DNA of 63,309 nt, filler included, from Octopus bimaculoides (Eukaryota): assembly GCF_001194135.2 (NCBI RefSeq). It is 6 parts of 6 records of this genome, joined end to end, with 100 filler letters (N's around TTAATTAATTAA, not from the genome) between each part and the next. Parts side by side here need not be neighbours in the genome. Positions count along the whole stretch, not along the records: positions 36,331 to 45,305 come from NC_068984.1; positions 45,406 to 58,569 come from NC_068995.1; 4 more parts are not named here. The stretch is one strand, 5' to 3'. Position numbers and translations under genes: made by a program. This document shows, one piece after another, positions 37,386 through 49,599 of the stretch (position 1 is the first letter of the stretch; every line of letters starts with the position of its first letter). A model generated the notes under the pieces. It had not been told where the DNA came from and ran no database searches. It saw nothing but the letters and a program-made list of their open reading frames with translations.

Positions 37386-38603
37386 TCAGAGAGCAACTTC
37401 TACACGAGGTAGTTGTGCTTCGTTAGACACAATGAGGGTGATGTCGTCCGCGTAAGCAGAAGAGAACCTACAGCATCCAATCTCATCTGGGTTGCCACCT
37501 AACTTCTCCAGTCTCCACAGTAATGGTTCCAGGGCCAAAACATACAGAATCGGGGACAAGGGACACCCTTGACGAACTGAACACACAATCAAAAACGGCT
37601 CCGTTAGGTAACTGTTTATCTGGACAGTGGACTTGATGCCGCTATACATAGCGGAGATCCAGCCACGAAAGCCAGGGTCCAGCCCAGCCGCTTCGAGGAC
37701 GGCCTCCAGATACCAGTGGTCTACCCTATCGAATGCTTTACTTTGGTCTAAATGGACCAATGCCCCTCCCTTGCCGGGTATTTTCCCTACCCTGTCTAAG
37801 GTGTNNNNNNNNNNNNNNNNNNNNNNNNNNNNNNNNNNNNNNNNNNNNNNNNNNNNNNNNNNNNNNNNNNNNNNNNNNNNNNNNNNNNNNNNNNNNNNNN
37901 NNNNNNNNNNNNNNNNNNNNNNNNNNNNNNNNNNNNNNNNNNNNNNNNNNNNNNNNNNNNNNNNNNNNNNNNNNNNNNNNNNNNNNNNNNNNNNNNNNNN
38001 NNNNNNNNNNNNNNNNNNNNNNNNNNNNNNNNNNNNNNNNNNNNNNNNNNNNNNNNNNNNNNNNNNNNNNNNNNNNNNNNNNNNNNNNNNNNNNNNNNNN
38101 NNNNNNNNNNNNNNNNNNNNNNNNNNNNNNNNNNNNNNNNNNNNNNNNNNNNNNNNNNNNNNNNNNNNNNNNNNNNNNNNNNNNNNNNNNNNNNNNNNNN
38201 NNNNNNNNNNNNNNNNNNNNNNNNNNNNNNNNNNNNNNNNNNNNNNNNNNNNNNNNNNNNNNNNNNNNNNNNNNNNNNNNNNNNNNNNNNNNNNNNNNNN
38301 NNNNNNNNNNNNNNNNNNNNNNNNNNNNNNNNNNNNNNNNNNNNNNNNNNNNNNNNNNNNNNNNNNNNNNNNNNNNNNNNNNNNNNNNNNGAGCGGACCA
38401 CTCTCCCCGAACAACCGAGCGAAATTCTGGTGAAAAGCCTTTTGCATCTCCTCCTGTCCATAGTTCTTGCATCCTTGTTCGTCGGTTAAAGACTTAATAC
38501 AGGACTTCTTGCCCTTCTGACACTCCTCACGACGTGCCCATCTGGCTACGTTAATTCCTTCTCGTTTCCTTGCACGTAATTTAGCTGACTCTGCAAACTT
38601 CAT
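37386..38603 (-). pseudogene. LINE ORF2 reverse transcriptase (spans an N gap)
   Basis: LDQSKAFDRVDH, VRQGCPLSPILY and AYADDITL motifs. Confidence 0.92.
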
Positions 38604-38853
38604 GCTTGGCGTTGAGGTGATGATACAAGACCATTCTCGCCGCTAACACTCTAGATGCGGAGCCAGATTCCAATGCCTTGTCTAAGTTCTTAACTAATTC
38701 ACCCTCTACCCTAGACCTATCTAAACTTAGCTGTTTGCTAAATCTAATGGACTCTATGCTCTCTGAACTAACTCCTTAATCCGGGCACGGAAAGCTTCAC
38801 AAGTCAAAATAGACTTGTTCATTTTCCAGTACCCGGGTCCCTGTCTATGACAC

Positions 38854-39555
38854 TTAATCTACATGCACCTCACACGTCACAAGCTTGTGATCAGTGTAAG
38901 GTACAATACAGAATTGTGGACAACTAACAGTATCCTTATCTAGGTCCTTAACGAATACTCTATCTAAGTACGATCTGCGTGAGCCATCGTTATTACTCCA
39001 AGTCCACTGTGGAATGCTTGGCTCACTCAGTCGGTAACGGTCTACTAGGTTATAGCTTTCTAGTAGCCCCTTGAGGCAAGGACTCTCCTTCCTATCAGTG
39101 GAGCCAACACTATCGACCCATGCATCGAGAATAATGTTGAAGCCCCCTACCATTATTACCGTTTTTGGCGTCACCAGAAAGTGCTCCAGATTCCGGTACA
39201 AACCTGACTGCCTACGATCCATAGGAGCATAGACAGCTACCAACCTGAAGGACTGTTTACTCACATGAGTCACATCCAGGACGACCAGCCTACCTTCTGG
39301 GTCCAGAAAGACAGTACTAACCTGTAAGTCCAAGTTCTTCCTGATAAGGACTGCCACGCCTGCACCTCCTCCTCGGCTAGGAGAAATAAATTTCTCGTAA
39401 CCATTCAGAAGAGGCAAGAACGCTTGAGGTCCCTTCATCTTGGACTCGGTTACAATAGCAACATCTATTCTATGTGTTGTGAGGTCGTTCAGGAAACAAG
39501 CCTGTTTCCATCTTGACCCAATTCCACGTACATTTAAACAGCCTAACTTAATCAT
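38854..39555 (-). pseudogene. LINE ORF2 apurinic-like endonuclease domain
   Basis: MIKLGCLNVRG, VTESK, VAVYAP, MVGGFN (GDFN variant), TWSN..SYLDRVF and TDHKLV motifs, followed by frameshifted GPGYWKMN. Confidence 0.92.
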
Positions 39556-40177
39556 CGAGAAAAGAAAAGTATTTACTTNNNNNNNNNNNNNNNNNNNNNN
39601 NNNNNNNNNNNNNNNNNNNNNNNNNNNNNNNNNNNNNNNNNNNNNNNNNNNNNNNNNNNNNNNNNNNNNNNNNNNNNNNNNNNNNNNNNNNNNNNNNNNN
39701 NNNNNNNNNNNNNNNNNNNNNNNNNNNNNNNNNNNNNNNNNNNNNNNNNNNNNNNNNNNNNNNNNNNNNNNNNNNNNNNNNNNNNNNNNNNNNNNNNNNN
39801 NNNNNNNNNNNNNNNNNNNNNNNNNNNNNNNNNNNNNNNNNNNNNNNNNNNNNNNNNNNNNNNNNNNNNNNNNNNNNNNNNNNNNNNNNNNNNNNNNNNN
39901 NNNTAATAACCAGCTTTCTAGATATCACCTCTTGGGTGACATCTTTAATTAAATGTTCTTTCACTACTTCTTGGAGGAGGTTTTCTCTCCATTCCTCCTC
40001 GCCGATTCTTGCGTATCTCACTTCACTGTCCGTAACTTTGAAAGTTTTAATTCGGTGGTGCGCCTTAATTAGGCAAACCACCTTCTCATTTTTGGCATTG
40101 AAAGCCACTATTTTGTCTGTGTTTTTAAGTCCTTTTAATGTTGGTGGGTGGGGGATGGCAAAATGTTGGCCTATCAA
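39548..40177 (-). pseudogene. Probable C-terminal part of ORF1 (spans an N gap); stop overlaps the ORF2 start
   Basis: Coding-like sequence between the ORF1 5' part and the endonuclease. Ends GAT GAT TAA at 39548. Confidence 0.55.
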
Positions 40178-40363
40178 TGTAGTGCCAGCAGGGTAGGATT
40201 GGAGAATTTTTTTATGTTGTTCGTCAGTATTATTAATTTTTATTTTGTTTGGGGTGGGGAGTCCGGGGTATTAGATTTTTTCCTTTTATGCGTGACAGTT
40301 GTGAATTCCATTTCATTTTCATTTGTTTGTTTTTTTTCCTCTTTTTCATTTTTATTTTGTTTT

Positions 40364-41275
40364 TCATTCTTTTTTTTTTCCTCCTTTTGATTTTCGATTT
40401 GTTTTTTTTTTGTCCGGGTTTTCTTTGGTTGTTGCTGTGTTGTCTGGCTCGTTGTTGTCTGTATTTATCACAGCCTTTTGGGGAGGGGCATTAGCCATTT
40501 TTTTTTTTGTGCAGACGGAGCGAATATGGCCCTTCTGACTGCACTTAAAGCATCTTGGCCTACGTCCCTCCACTGATACACGAATAGCATGCCCCTCCCC
40601 CACGAAGACCCTATCTGGTAAATTTTCTAGGGTCAAATTGTCTGCCTGAATGACCATTTCAAGGCTCTGACCCTTCCAATTTGTCGCCTCTTTCTTTCTC
40701 ATGCTCAATATCGTTAGTTTTCCCTCTACATCATAGATTATAGCAGTTGCTACCCACATAACATTGAATCCCTTGGGTATCTCCTCCAAAATAATTTTTG
40801 CCGTTCTGCGGCCAAAGTATGTAGGCAGCAGCATTATATGCTTGTTCTTTAGAGTCTGAGTTGACACTTCCTTCGCGACGCTCTCCGACTCGAAGTGGGC
40901 TTCTATTGTAGCGTTTCTCACTCCTCGGCTAACGTAGCGAATCTTGTTCCATATTGGTGACAAGTAACGTTCTACAATTTCGTTTTTTATGTCCATTATT
41001 TTTTTTTCTTTTATGTTATAAATTTTATAAACTACGGTTTTTTTTCGTATGGCATCTATAGTTTCAGGGGGCGATACCAGTTTTGTCACTTCACCAGTTT
41101 TCTCTATTAAGTTTCTGAACTGGAAGAGTTTCTCCATTGCTACTTCCAGTTCAATTATGTTACCGTCAACGGCGTCTGAAAAACTTTGTTTCGCCTGGGT
41201 GTCCTTTGGTATAACAACTTTTTTTCCTTCTCCCATCTCGGGAAAATCAGATTTTGAAGATAATTCAAATTCCAT
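40364..41275 (-). pseudogene. LINE ORF1 (5' part) with CCHC zinc knuckle
   Basis: GRRPRCFKCSQKGHIRSVC matches CX2CX4HX4C, preceded by an RRM-like region. Frame is lost in A-rich homopolymers. Confidence 0.85.
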
Positions 41276-42379
41276 AATGAATACGAAAACTTGTCACAAA
41301 TGACAAGTAAAATAACTTTTCAAAATAACCTAAAAAGGTTAACAAAAAAACAGAAATTTTCTGCCTTGGAGGGCGAAAATAACTGTAAAATAGTTCGCAT
41401 CAGAAAGTAGAAATTTTCTGCCCTGTAGGGCAAAAATAATTGTATAACAGTTCACCAAAAAACAGTCCAAATAAATTATTCAACAAAATTATTAACAAAT
41501 AAGTAACTAAAGAATGAACTCACATTAACAAGGGTAGCAACAATAAAGATGTAAACGCCGAAATTCAATGCAAAAGATGTCCCAATGCAAATACGTATAT
41601 ACTTTTTCCAGTGAAAATATTCACTGATCTCGAAAAAGTGAAAACAAGCAATGTTAAATCTCTGAATGAGGTATAAACAGTAACTGCACGACAACGTGAA
41701 GTATATTTGCCACTTAAATGCGGCTAAACCCTAATGTTACTGTTGCTTTTAGCCCCAGGAGAACATCTCCTCCAGCTGGCTATTGACACACATCTGTGTC
41801 CTGTCTGTATTTGCAAAGGGAATATATATATTTCTTCTTTCTTTTTCTTTTCTTCCTTTTTCTTACCATCCCTAGAAACCATCTCAAAACAATGGTGTAA
41901 GTAGTAAACAAGTTTTTTACCTTTATTTATTTATTTATTTATCTATTTATTTTTTTGACAATCCTTAAAAAGACCATTTCAATACAATGAAAGTGGTGAA
42001 TAGGAAAATGAATAGCCCTTCTCTCTCTCTTTTACCCTACCCATCTTTCTATCTGTCATGCTATCAATCTATCTGTCTTATCTAACTATCTATGTCTGTC
42101 TGTCTGTCTGTCTATCTGCTTATCCATCTTCCATTGTCTCCAAAACCTCACCCCCAAAAAACAAAACAAAACAAAAACAATGTTCTCTTATAAACAAAAT
42201 GCCAAATAAAACATGTTTTATATAAATAAGCAAGATTTGTGTATTTTCACAGAACTATATTTGACAAGTTCAAAAGATGAACAAATGCGCTAATATCGAA
42301 ATGAAAGTATAAAATAAATGAAAGAAGTTTTTTCCCAAATTCTGACGATTTTTTTTCAATATATACATACATATATATA

Positions 42380-42423
<44 letters not shown>

Positions 42424-43265
42424 CATATAAATATTCTATAATTATAAACATAATTATAATTAGGGGTCAGCTAATTGCTTCACCACATACCGAATTTAGA
42501 AATAGGAGCTAAAAATTGCTTTTCTACTACCATAAGAATCTCCCAGACAGTAACACTTTTTACGTAAGCAAAAAGAAAAATAATGAATCCAAACGACTCT
42601 GATTAGCCACATATGCGTTTCGAGATTGAAGTACTTTACTTACTTATTTCTCATCATCAATGTAGCATTTCAAATAAATTTAAAAGTGCTAGGGTTAAAT
42701 GTGTACACGATTAAGTGTCATTGCGCAACAGATATCCAACCAACAATTCCAAAATTTACACAGCGGAGGCAGACACGTGGCTGTGTGGAGGCACAGATGT
42801 GGCTGTATGGAGGTACAGATGTAGCTGCGTGGAGACACAGAGTGGCTGTGTGGAGGCACAGACATGGAAGTGTGGTAAGTAGCTTGCTTACCAGCTACAT
42901 GGTTCAGGTTTCAGTCCCACTGCATGGCACCTTGGCCAAGTGTCTTCTACTATAGCCTTGGGCCGACCAAAGTCTTGTGAATGGATTCGGTAGATAGAAA
43001 CTGGAAGACGCCTGTTGTGTATATATCTACCTATCTATATATATATGTATGTATATATATATACATTTGTATGCCCAACATCACTTGAGAACCGATGTTG
43101 GTGTGTTTATGTACCTGGAACTTAGCGGTCTGGCAAAAGAGACTGATAGAATAAGTACCAGGCTTACAAAGAATAAGTCCTGGGGTCGATTTGCTCCACC
43201 AAATGCAGTGCTCCAGCATGGCCGCAGTCAAATGACTGAAACAACCAAAGAAAAGAACAAAAGAA

Positions 43266-43294
<29 letters not shown>

Positions 43295-43296
<2 letters not shown>

Positions 43297-44917
43297 CTGT
43301 AAATAATGTGACAATTATTTGGTAGCCACGATAAAACTCCAAATTTCGGATGTTGGGGCGGAAACCCACGCCGCCATCTCCCTTAAAGGTAAGGGAGTAA
43401 AAATGTCCATAGTATTCACGTAGGCGCACCAGTCCATACATACACATGCGTGCCGCACACCCACGTACATGCGCCTATATGTATATACTCATCTACCCTC
43501 ACTTGAAACACACACATGCTCACCCACACATTCGCCAAAAAATATATATATATACCTGCAGATACGCTCACACACGCACACATGCAACACACTTGCACAC
43601 ATATACACACGTGCAAAAGAGTTTAATACACATGTCTATATATGCACATGCACAAGAAAAAACAGGGCTAAAGGCAAAATACAGAAAAAAGTGTAAAAAA
43701 GCCATAAGGGTAAAACATGTCTATATGTGCACATTCTCGCATGCATACAAGGCCAGGTTCAATAATCACACCTTGAGCTTCAGGCACTGGGATAAAAGGA
43801 AAACGACCAAATTATCCAGTCCTTAAAAGATAAAGGTGTCAGTTACAACATCCATTGGAAGATCTACACCAACGGCAGCAGAAAGTGCGGTCTTTGTGAT
43901 ATGGAAAGATGGCTCATCTGGAAAAGCAGCTTAGACCCTGCCACACGTCTAAATTCAAGAACTGAACTTTTCGGATCATATCCACATGTGGCTAAATATT
44001 TGTTACGATTTTGGTCCCCCTGAGATTACAGATAGGACTTGCTCTCTATATTGTGTCCACGTACAAGCTTTTTAGCTCTCTATACTTTTTACTTATATTT
44101 CTTATATATTTTTTATATTATTTTTACATATTTATAGAGATATTGTTTTATAAGTTTATCACTCATATATTTTTTACACATATTTTTTCTGTATTCTACC
44201 TTCCACCCTGCTTTTTTCCATTGCGTATATAGACATGTACATCGAACCTTTTGTGCGCACTTGTGAATGTGTGCATGTACGTGCATAAATAGATGTGTGT
44301 GTGTGTGTGTGTGTGTGTGCGTGCATGCGAGAATGTGCACATAAAGACGTGTTTTACCCTTATGGTTTCTTTACACTTTTTTCTGTATTTTGCCTTTAGC
44401 CCTGTTTTTTCTTGTGCATGTGCGTATATAGATGTGTGTATGAACCTTTTTTGCGCGTGTGTATGTGTGTAAGCGTGTTGCGCGCACATGTGTGTGAGCG
44501 TATATATATATATATTTTTGGCGAATGTGTGGGTGAGCATGTGTGTGTTTCAAGTTAGGGTAGATGAGTATATACATATAGGCGCATGTACGTGGATGTG
44601 CAGCATGCATGTGTATGTATGGACTGGTGCGCTTACGCGAAAACTATGGACACTTTTACTCCCTCCTCTCACTTAGCGGTTATTCTAATAGCACTTTTGT
44701 CTTAATAACGGTCAATCACACAGTAATTTCCCTTTGTTTAACAGTCATTTTCATAGCATTTTTCGATGACCAGACAACTGAAGAGATGGTGGCGTGGGTT
44801 TCCGCCCCAACATCATGGCTGCCGAATAATTGTCGCATATTATTGACAGATAAATTACTCTATTTACATAATATCAAGGTCTCTTTCTTTCTTTTGTTGT
44901 CTTACCTTTTCTATCAA
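43295..44917 (+). mobile_element. 5'-truncated Penelope-like element with inverted pseudo-LTR arms
   Basis: GIY-YIG C-terminal remnant in the middle. 43392-43748 is the reverse complement of about 44318-44664. Hammerhead-module copies lie at both outer ends, each abutting (TA)n. Confidence 0.75.
43746..44023 (+). pseudogene. Penelope-type GIY-YIG endonuclease C-terminal remnant
   Basis: YKARFNNHTLSFRH..TKLS / LKDKGVSYNIHWKIYTNGSRKCGLC..LNSRTELF..H resembles the PLE motif RYxNHxxSF..LSK..LK..WxI..CxLC..LNxRxE..H. One frameshift. Confidence 0.75.
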
Positions 44918-44949
44918 TATATATATATACATACATACATACATATAAG

Positions 44950-45305
44950 AAAGAGGTCTGGAGATGCCACTACGATAGATTGTTTAATAAAGAGAATGAA
45001 TGGGAGAAAGAGAGCCTGCCGTATGTCGACCCAACAGAGGGACCAATTATCCGAGTTGACAGAACCAGGGTAGATAAAGCAATTAAGAGTATGAAGACAG
45101 GGAAAGCCCCAGGCCCATCAGGAATCACTGCAGAGATGCTCAAAATATCTAGCAGTGTTGGCTACAGCCTAGTCACCCGTATTACGAACCAGGTGATACA
45201 CGAAGGAGTCATACCCAATGACTGGTGTAGCAGCACCATAGTCAACTGCTACAAAGGTAAAGGTGACGCTTTAGATATAAATAATTACAGAGGCATCAAG
45301 CTGTT
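44950..45305 (+). mobile_element. RTE-clade LINE RT fragment, cut by an N gap
   Basis: VDKAIKSMKTGKAPGPSGITAEMLK..IPNDWCSSTIVNCYKGKGDALDINNYRGIKL. Confidence 0.88.
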
Positions 45306-45405
45306 NNNNNNNNNNNNNNNNNNNNNNNNNNNNNNNNNNNNNNNNNNNNTTAATTAATTAANNNNNNNNNNNNNNNNNNNNNNNNNNNNNNNNNNNNNNN
45401 NNNNN

Positions 45406-45436
<31 letters not shown>

Positions 45437-45878
45437 AGACAAAACATTTTGTGTTCTAAATATAACTCAAAGAGGAGAAAAATTGAGGGAAAATAGAACG
45501 TAAGCAGGGGGAAAAGAGAAAGAAAGCAAATAACTTCCAGTGATGACCACACGACGACTCTTTTCTCATATTTACCATCAAGAGGTCACCATCCTTAATT
45601 AAACTCATTTCAATACAATGGTAAATGGCTAAGTAAATAGATGAATGCTGAATAGGAAGGCAGATACCCATTCTTTTCTCTGTCTCTCTCCCTCTATCTA
45701 CCTATCTATCTAACTATCTATCTATCTGTGTGTCTATCTAACTACATATCTTTCTCTCTATCTCCATTATCTTGGAACCTCACCAAAAAATAAAATGTTC
45801 TCTTCTTTTAAACAAACCCACCCCCAAACATCTGTTTTATATAAATGAACAAGCTGTTTATACATTCACAAAACTATA

Positions 45879-46553
45879 TCAGGTCATCCCATAAGGTCTG
45901 TCCGATTTTACCTTTTTTGAAAACTGAATGAAATTTAATAGTATTCTAGAATGTCTTATCGAATTAAAAATTCTTTTATGCATTTGTGGACATTTAAACT
46001 AATTAAATTTAACTTACAGAATAATATAATTAAAATGTTTTGATTAAAACCTTTTCTAACATGGAAGTATCCAAAGAGCATTTATCAATGCTCAAGTCTA
46101 CTGTCAGCAATTAGATAGTTTGAACCAAGCTTTGAAGAAAAAAAAACCCGCTTTAGTGAATCGAAATGGAGTGATGTTTCATCAGGACATTGAGCGACCC
46201 CACACTGCAAAGATCACATCACGGAAGATCGAAGAACTCGGTTTGGAAAAACTTCCTCATCGCCCTTATTCTCCCGACCTTGCTCATTCAGACTACCATT
46301 TGTTTCGTAGCTTACAGAATCATTTGGGGGACATAACTTTCGCAAGCCAGGAGGAGGTCGAAACTGACATTTCAGAGTTCTTCGCTTTCAAACCAAAAGA
46401 GTTTGACATTGATGGGATTAAAAAGCTTGTAAATAGATGGAAGTCATAGATAATCAGGAAAAGTACATTGATTATTAAATTTCATTTCAATATAACATTT
46501 GATCACTTGTTTTCTTTATTCAAAATTCGGACAGAACTGATGGGATGGCCTGA
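45879..46553 (+). mobile_element. Internally deleted DD34D mariner with both TIRs and TA target-site duplication
   Basis: TA|TCAGGTCATCCCATAAGGTCTGTCCGATTTT ... AAAATTCGGACAGAACTGATGGGATGGCCTGA|TA. ORF 46120-46449 has HQD-x34-D and the YSPDLAHSDYHLF motif. Confidence 0.92.
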
Positions 46554-47344
46554 TATTTGACAAGTTCGAGAAACGAACGAAAGTGCTAATAATAAGGAAT
46601 AAATAAAAATATTTCTTTCCAAANNNNNNNNNNNNNNNNNNNNNNNNNNNNNNNNNNNNNNNNNNNNNNNNNNNNNNNNNNNNNNNNNNNNNNNNNNNNN
46701 NNNNNNNNNNNNNNNNNNNNNNNNNNNNNNNNNNNNNNNNNNNNNNNNNNNNNNNNNNNNNNNNNNNNNNNNNNNNNNNNNNNNNNNNNNNNNNNNNNNN
46801 NNNNNNNNNNNNNNNNNNNNNNNNNNNNNNNNNNNNNNNNNNNNNNNNNNNNNNNNNNNNNNNNNNNNNNNNNNNNNNNNNNNNNNNNNNNNNNNNNNNN
46901 NNNNNNNNNNNNNNNNNNNNNNNNNNNNNNNNNNNNNNNNNNNNNNNNNNNNNNNNNNNNNNNNNNNNNNNNNNNNNNNNNNNNNNNNNNNNNNNNNNNN
47001 NNNNNNNNNNNNNNNNNNNNNNNNNNNNNNNNNNNNNNNNNNNNNNNNNNNNNNNNNNNNNNNNNNNNNNNNNNNNNNNNNNNNNNNNNNNNNNNNNNNN
47101 NNNNNNNNNNNNNNNNNNNNNNNNNNNNNNNNNNNNNNNNNNNNNNNNNNNNNNNNNNNNNNNNNNNNNNNNNNNNNNNNNNNNNNNNNNNNNNNNNNNN
47201 NNNNNNNNNNNNNNNNNNNNNNNNNNNNNNNNNNNNNNNNNNNNNNNNNNNNNNNNNNNNNNNNNNNNNNNNNNNNNNNNNNNNNNNNNNNNNNNNNNNN
47301 NNNNNNNNNNNNNNNNNNNNNNNNNNNNNNNNNNNNNNNNNTAT

Positions 47345-47880
47345 ATATACTTAAAAATGATGAACTATAAACTTTTACAAATTTTCTTAGAATCAGCTTT
47401 CTCTTTTCCGGTTCTGGGAAACCTAATTTCTGAAGGTTGGTACTTAGAAAATATTAGATATCTCAGTGACCCAATAAATACTGGTACAAACCTGAACTTG
47501 TAATTTACGGAGAGTAACGGTAGATTTATCCATAGTACAGCGTAGGTATTTTCTTTTCCGCCGATCTTCAGCCATGTGTTAACATCTACTGGGCAGTTGA
47601 CTTCTGCCACAGCACACAGTTTCTTTCCTCTGTCCCAAATCAATGTCAAGTCTGTTATGTTTCCATTTCATTGAGGTTTTCACTGGGACATTCCACCAAT
47701 ATTATTTTTTATTATGAATGGCTATGGCCTTTACCATACTGTGAGATCTTCTTTCTTTCGTCTCAGGATTATCTTTCTGACGGGTCTCATACAGTGTCCT
47801 GGCACAGCATTAAGTCTCTTAGATAGACATACCGCGATGACATTTTTGGACAACTGCTTATGATGTGTGTTATCTCCGGT
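47345..47880 (-). mobile_element. R4/Dong-like (RLE-bearing) non-LTR element, CCHC plus restriction-like endonuclease fragment
   Basis: EITHIISSCPKM; YWWNVPVKTS..HNRLDI/IWDRGKKLCAVAEVNCPVDVN..FVPVFIGSL. Confidence 0.75.
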
Positions 47881-48389
47881 GCTAACTCCAAAGGACTTCT
47901 TATGTGTTTTCTCTTCTACGCATCAGGTATTTTTTTATTTATTTGCACGTATGTATGTACATATGTATCTACGTATGCAGGTATCACGGTGTGTGTATGT
48001 GTGTATGTATGTACACACGCGTATATATAGATGTAAATATATATTTAACGGAATGCGCAATGCATAAGACTTAGGAAAAACATAATGAAGGCCAAAAATA
48101 TCCATGACATCAGGCATTTATTTGAAACATTTGCTGCTTGTAAGTAGTTTAATAGGAAAGAGAAATTTTAGCAGCATCGTGACTTCGTATCCAAGATTTG
48201 CAAATAACCGGTTACGATTGAAGTAATTACTATGTAGTATTGGTTATTTTAAATAGATACGCATACTATTACTTTCACAAAGACACTATACATGTGGTAT
48301 ATATGAAAATATGTTCCTCATACATTTGAAGATCGTCAGATTCTCAGCAATATTTTCAGATCATATTTTTACTCATTGATCATATTTAG

Positions 48390-48830
48390 GCACCTTGAAA
48401 CTCATTTGGAATCCGGACTGCACCCAGGTTCTTACTCCATAGATGATGAAAGGCTTCAGAAAAAATTCGATTTCTTGAAGGTTGTCGGGTGTCGCTTCTG
48501 GCCGCTACGTGTCATCACACGAAGAGTAAAAGAGCGAGGTAACGTCGTTTCTTTATTCATATGAGGGATGGGCCCTTTACAGGTATCATATCAATGTCCT
48601 TCAAACCTTCCATCTGAGATAGTACACATCATGAATTTGACTGATCCTTTTGAACTCTTGACACGGAGGTCTTGAGTGGAGCCGTTTACGTTGGCCAGGA
48701 CATCTTGCCCGGAAGTATGATCAAAGCATCCCCAAACAAAGGCTTGCAAATTAATTTGTTTGTGGAAATCACACCCAGAGGAAATCAAGATTACGACTTA
48801 AGAGCCCAGTGAAGCCCTCGTTGCAGGTAT
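48390..48830 (+). mobile_element. Decayed RTE-type LINE C-terminal fragment
   Basis: YEGWALYRYHINVLQTFHLR and SRLRWPGHLARKYDQSIPKQ resemble RTE YGCETWTLY.. and LRWxGHVxRM..RIPKQ. Confidence 0.65.
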
Positions 48831-49280
48831 GTATAATATGTAGAACTGAAAAAGCAATGCTTGTCATGACCACAAATGGAAGAAAAAAGTAAGGGAATAA
48901 GGGATGGAGTGGATATTTTCTTTAAAAGCACGCACTTTCCATGGAAGGGGGGGGGGGGGGNNNNNNNNNNNNNNNNNNNNNNNNNNNNNNNNNNNNNNNN
49001 NNNNNNNNNNNNNNNNNNNNNNNNNNNNNNNNNNNNNNNNNNNNNNNNNNNNNNNNNNNNNNNNNNNNNNNNNNNNNNNNNNNNNNNNNNNNNNNNNNNN
49101 NNNNNNNNNNNNNNNNNNNNNNNNNNNNNNNNNNNNNNNNNNNNNNNNNNNNNNNNNNNNNNNNNNNNNNNNNNNNNNNNNNNNNNNNNNNNNNNNNNNN
49201 NNNNNNNNNNNNNNNNNNNNNNNNNNNNNNNNNNNNNNTGTGTGTGTGTGTGTGTGTGCACATGCCTGTTTCTATGTCTA

Positions 49281-49342
<62 letters not shown>

Positions 49343-49599
49343 GAGAGAGAGAGAGTGAGAGAGACTGAGGGTGCAGAGTCAAAGTCCTTTATAGCCACAA
49401 AAAGAACGTTGTTTATGTACCGAGAGGAGATTAGAGAGGAGATACCGAGAGGAGATTAGAGTTAACCGCCCCACAGCGAGTGGGACACTATACCAGCAAG
49501 CTAGTTTCGTTTGAATTTAAAGTGCCTATTCTATCGGTGATAGTGAAGCTAAATCCTACCTGTAAGTATATGGTATATACCATATGAATCAATGGATGA

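Larger units (their letters stand above)
36331..41700 (-). mobile_element. Near full-length L1/Tx1-clade non-LTR retrotransposon, frame-disrupted, antisense to ABHD11
   Basis: Collinear gag-like ORF1, APE endonuclease, RT and C-terminal CCHC. The 3' end runs into an N gap. 5' boundary approximate. Confidence 0.92.

Noticed and set aside
48376-48830. Apparent host exon with AG/GT signals
   Set aside because: Neighbouring frames give RTE C-terminal motifs (LRWPGHLAR..IPKQ), so it is a decayed LINE.
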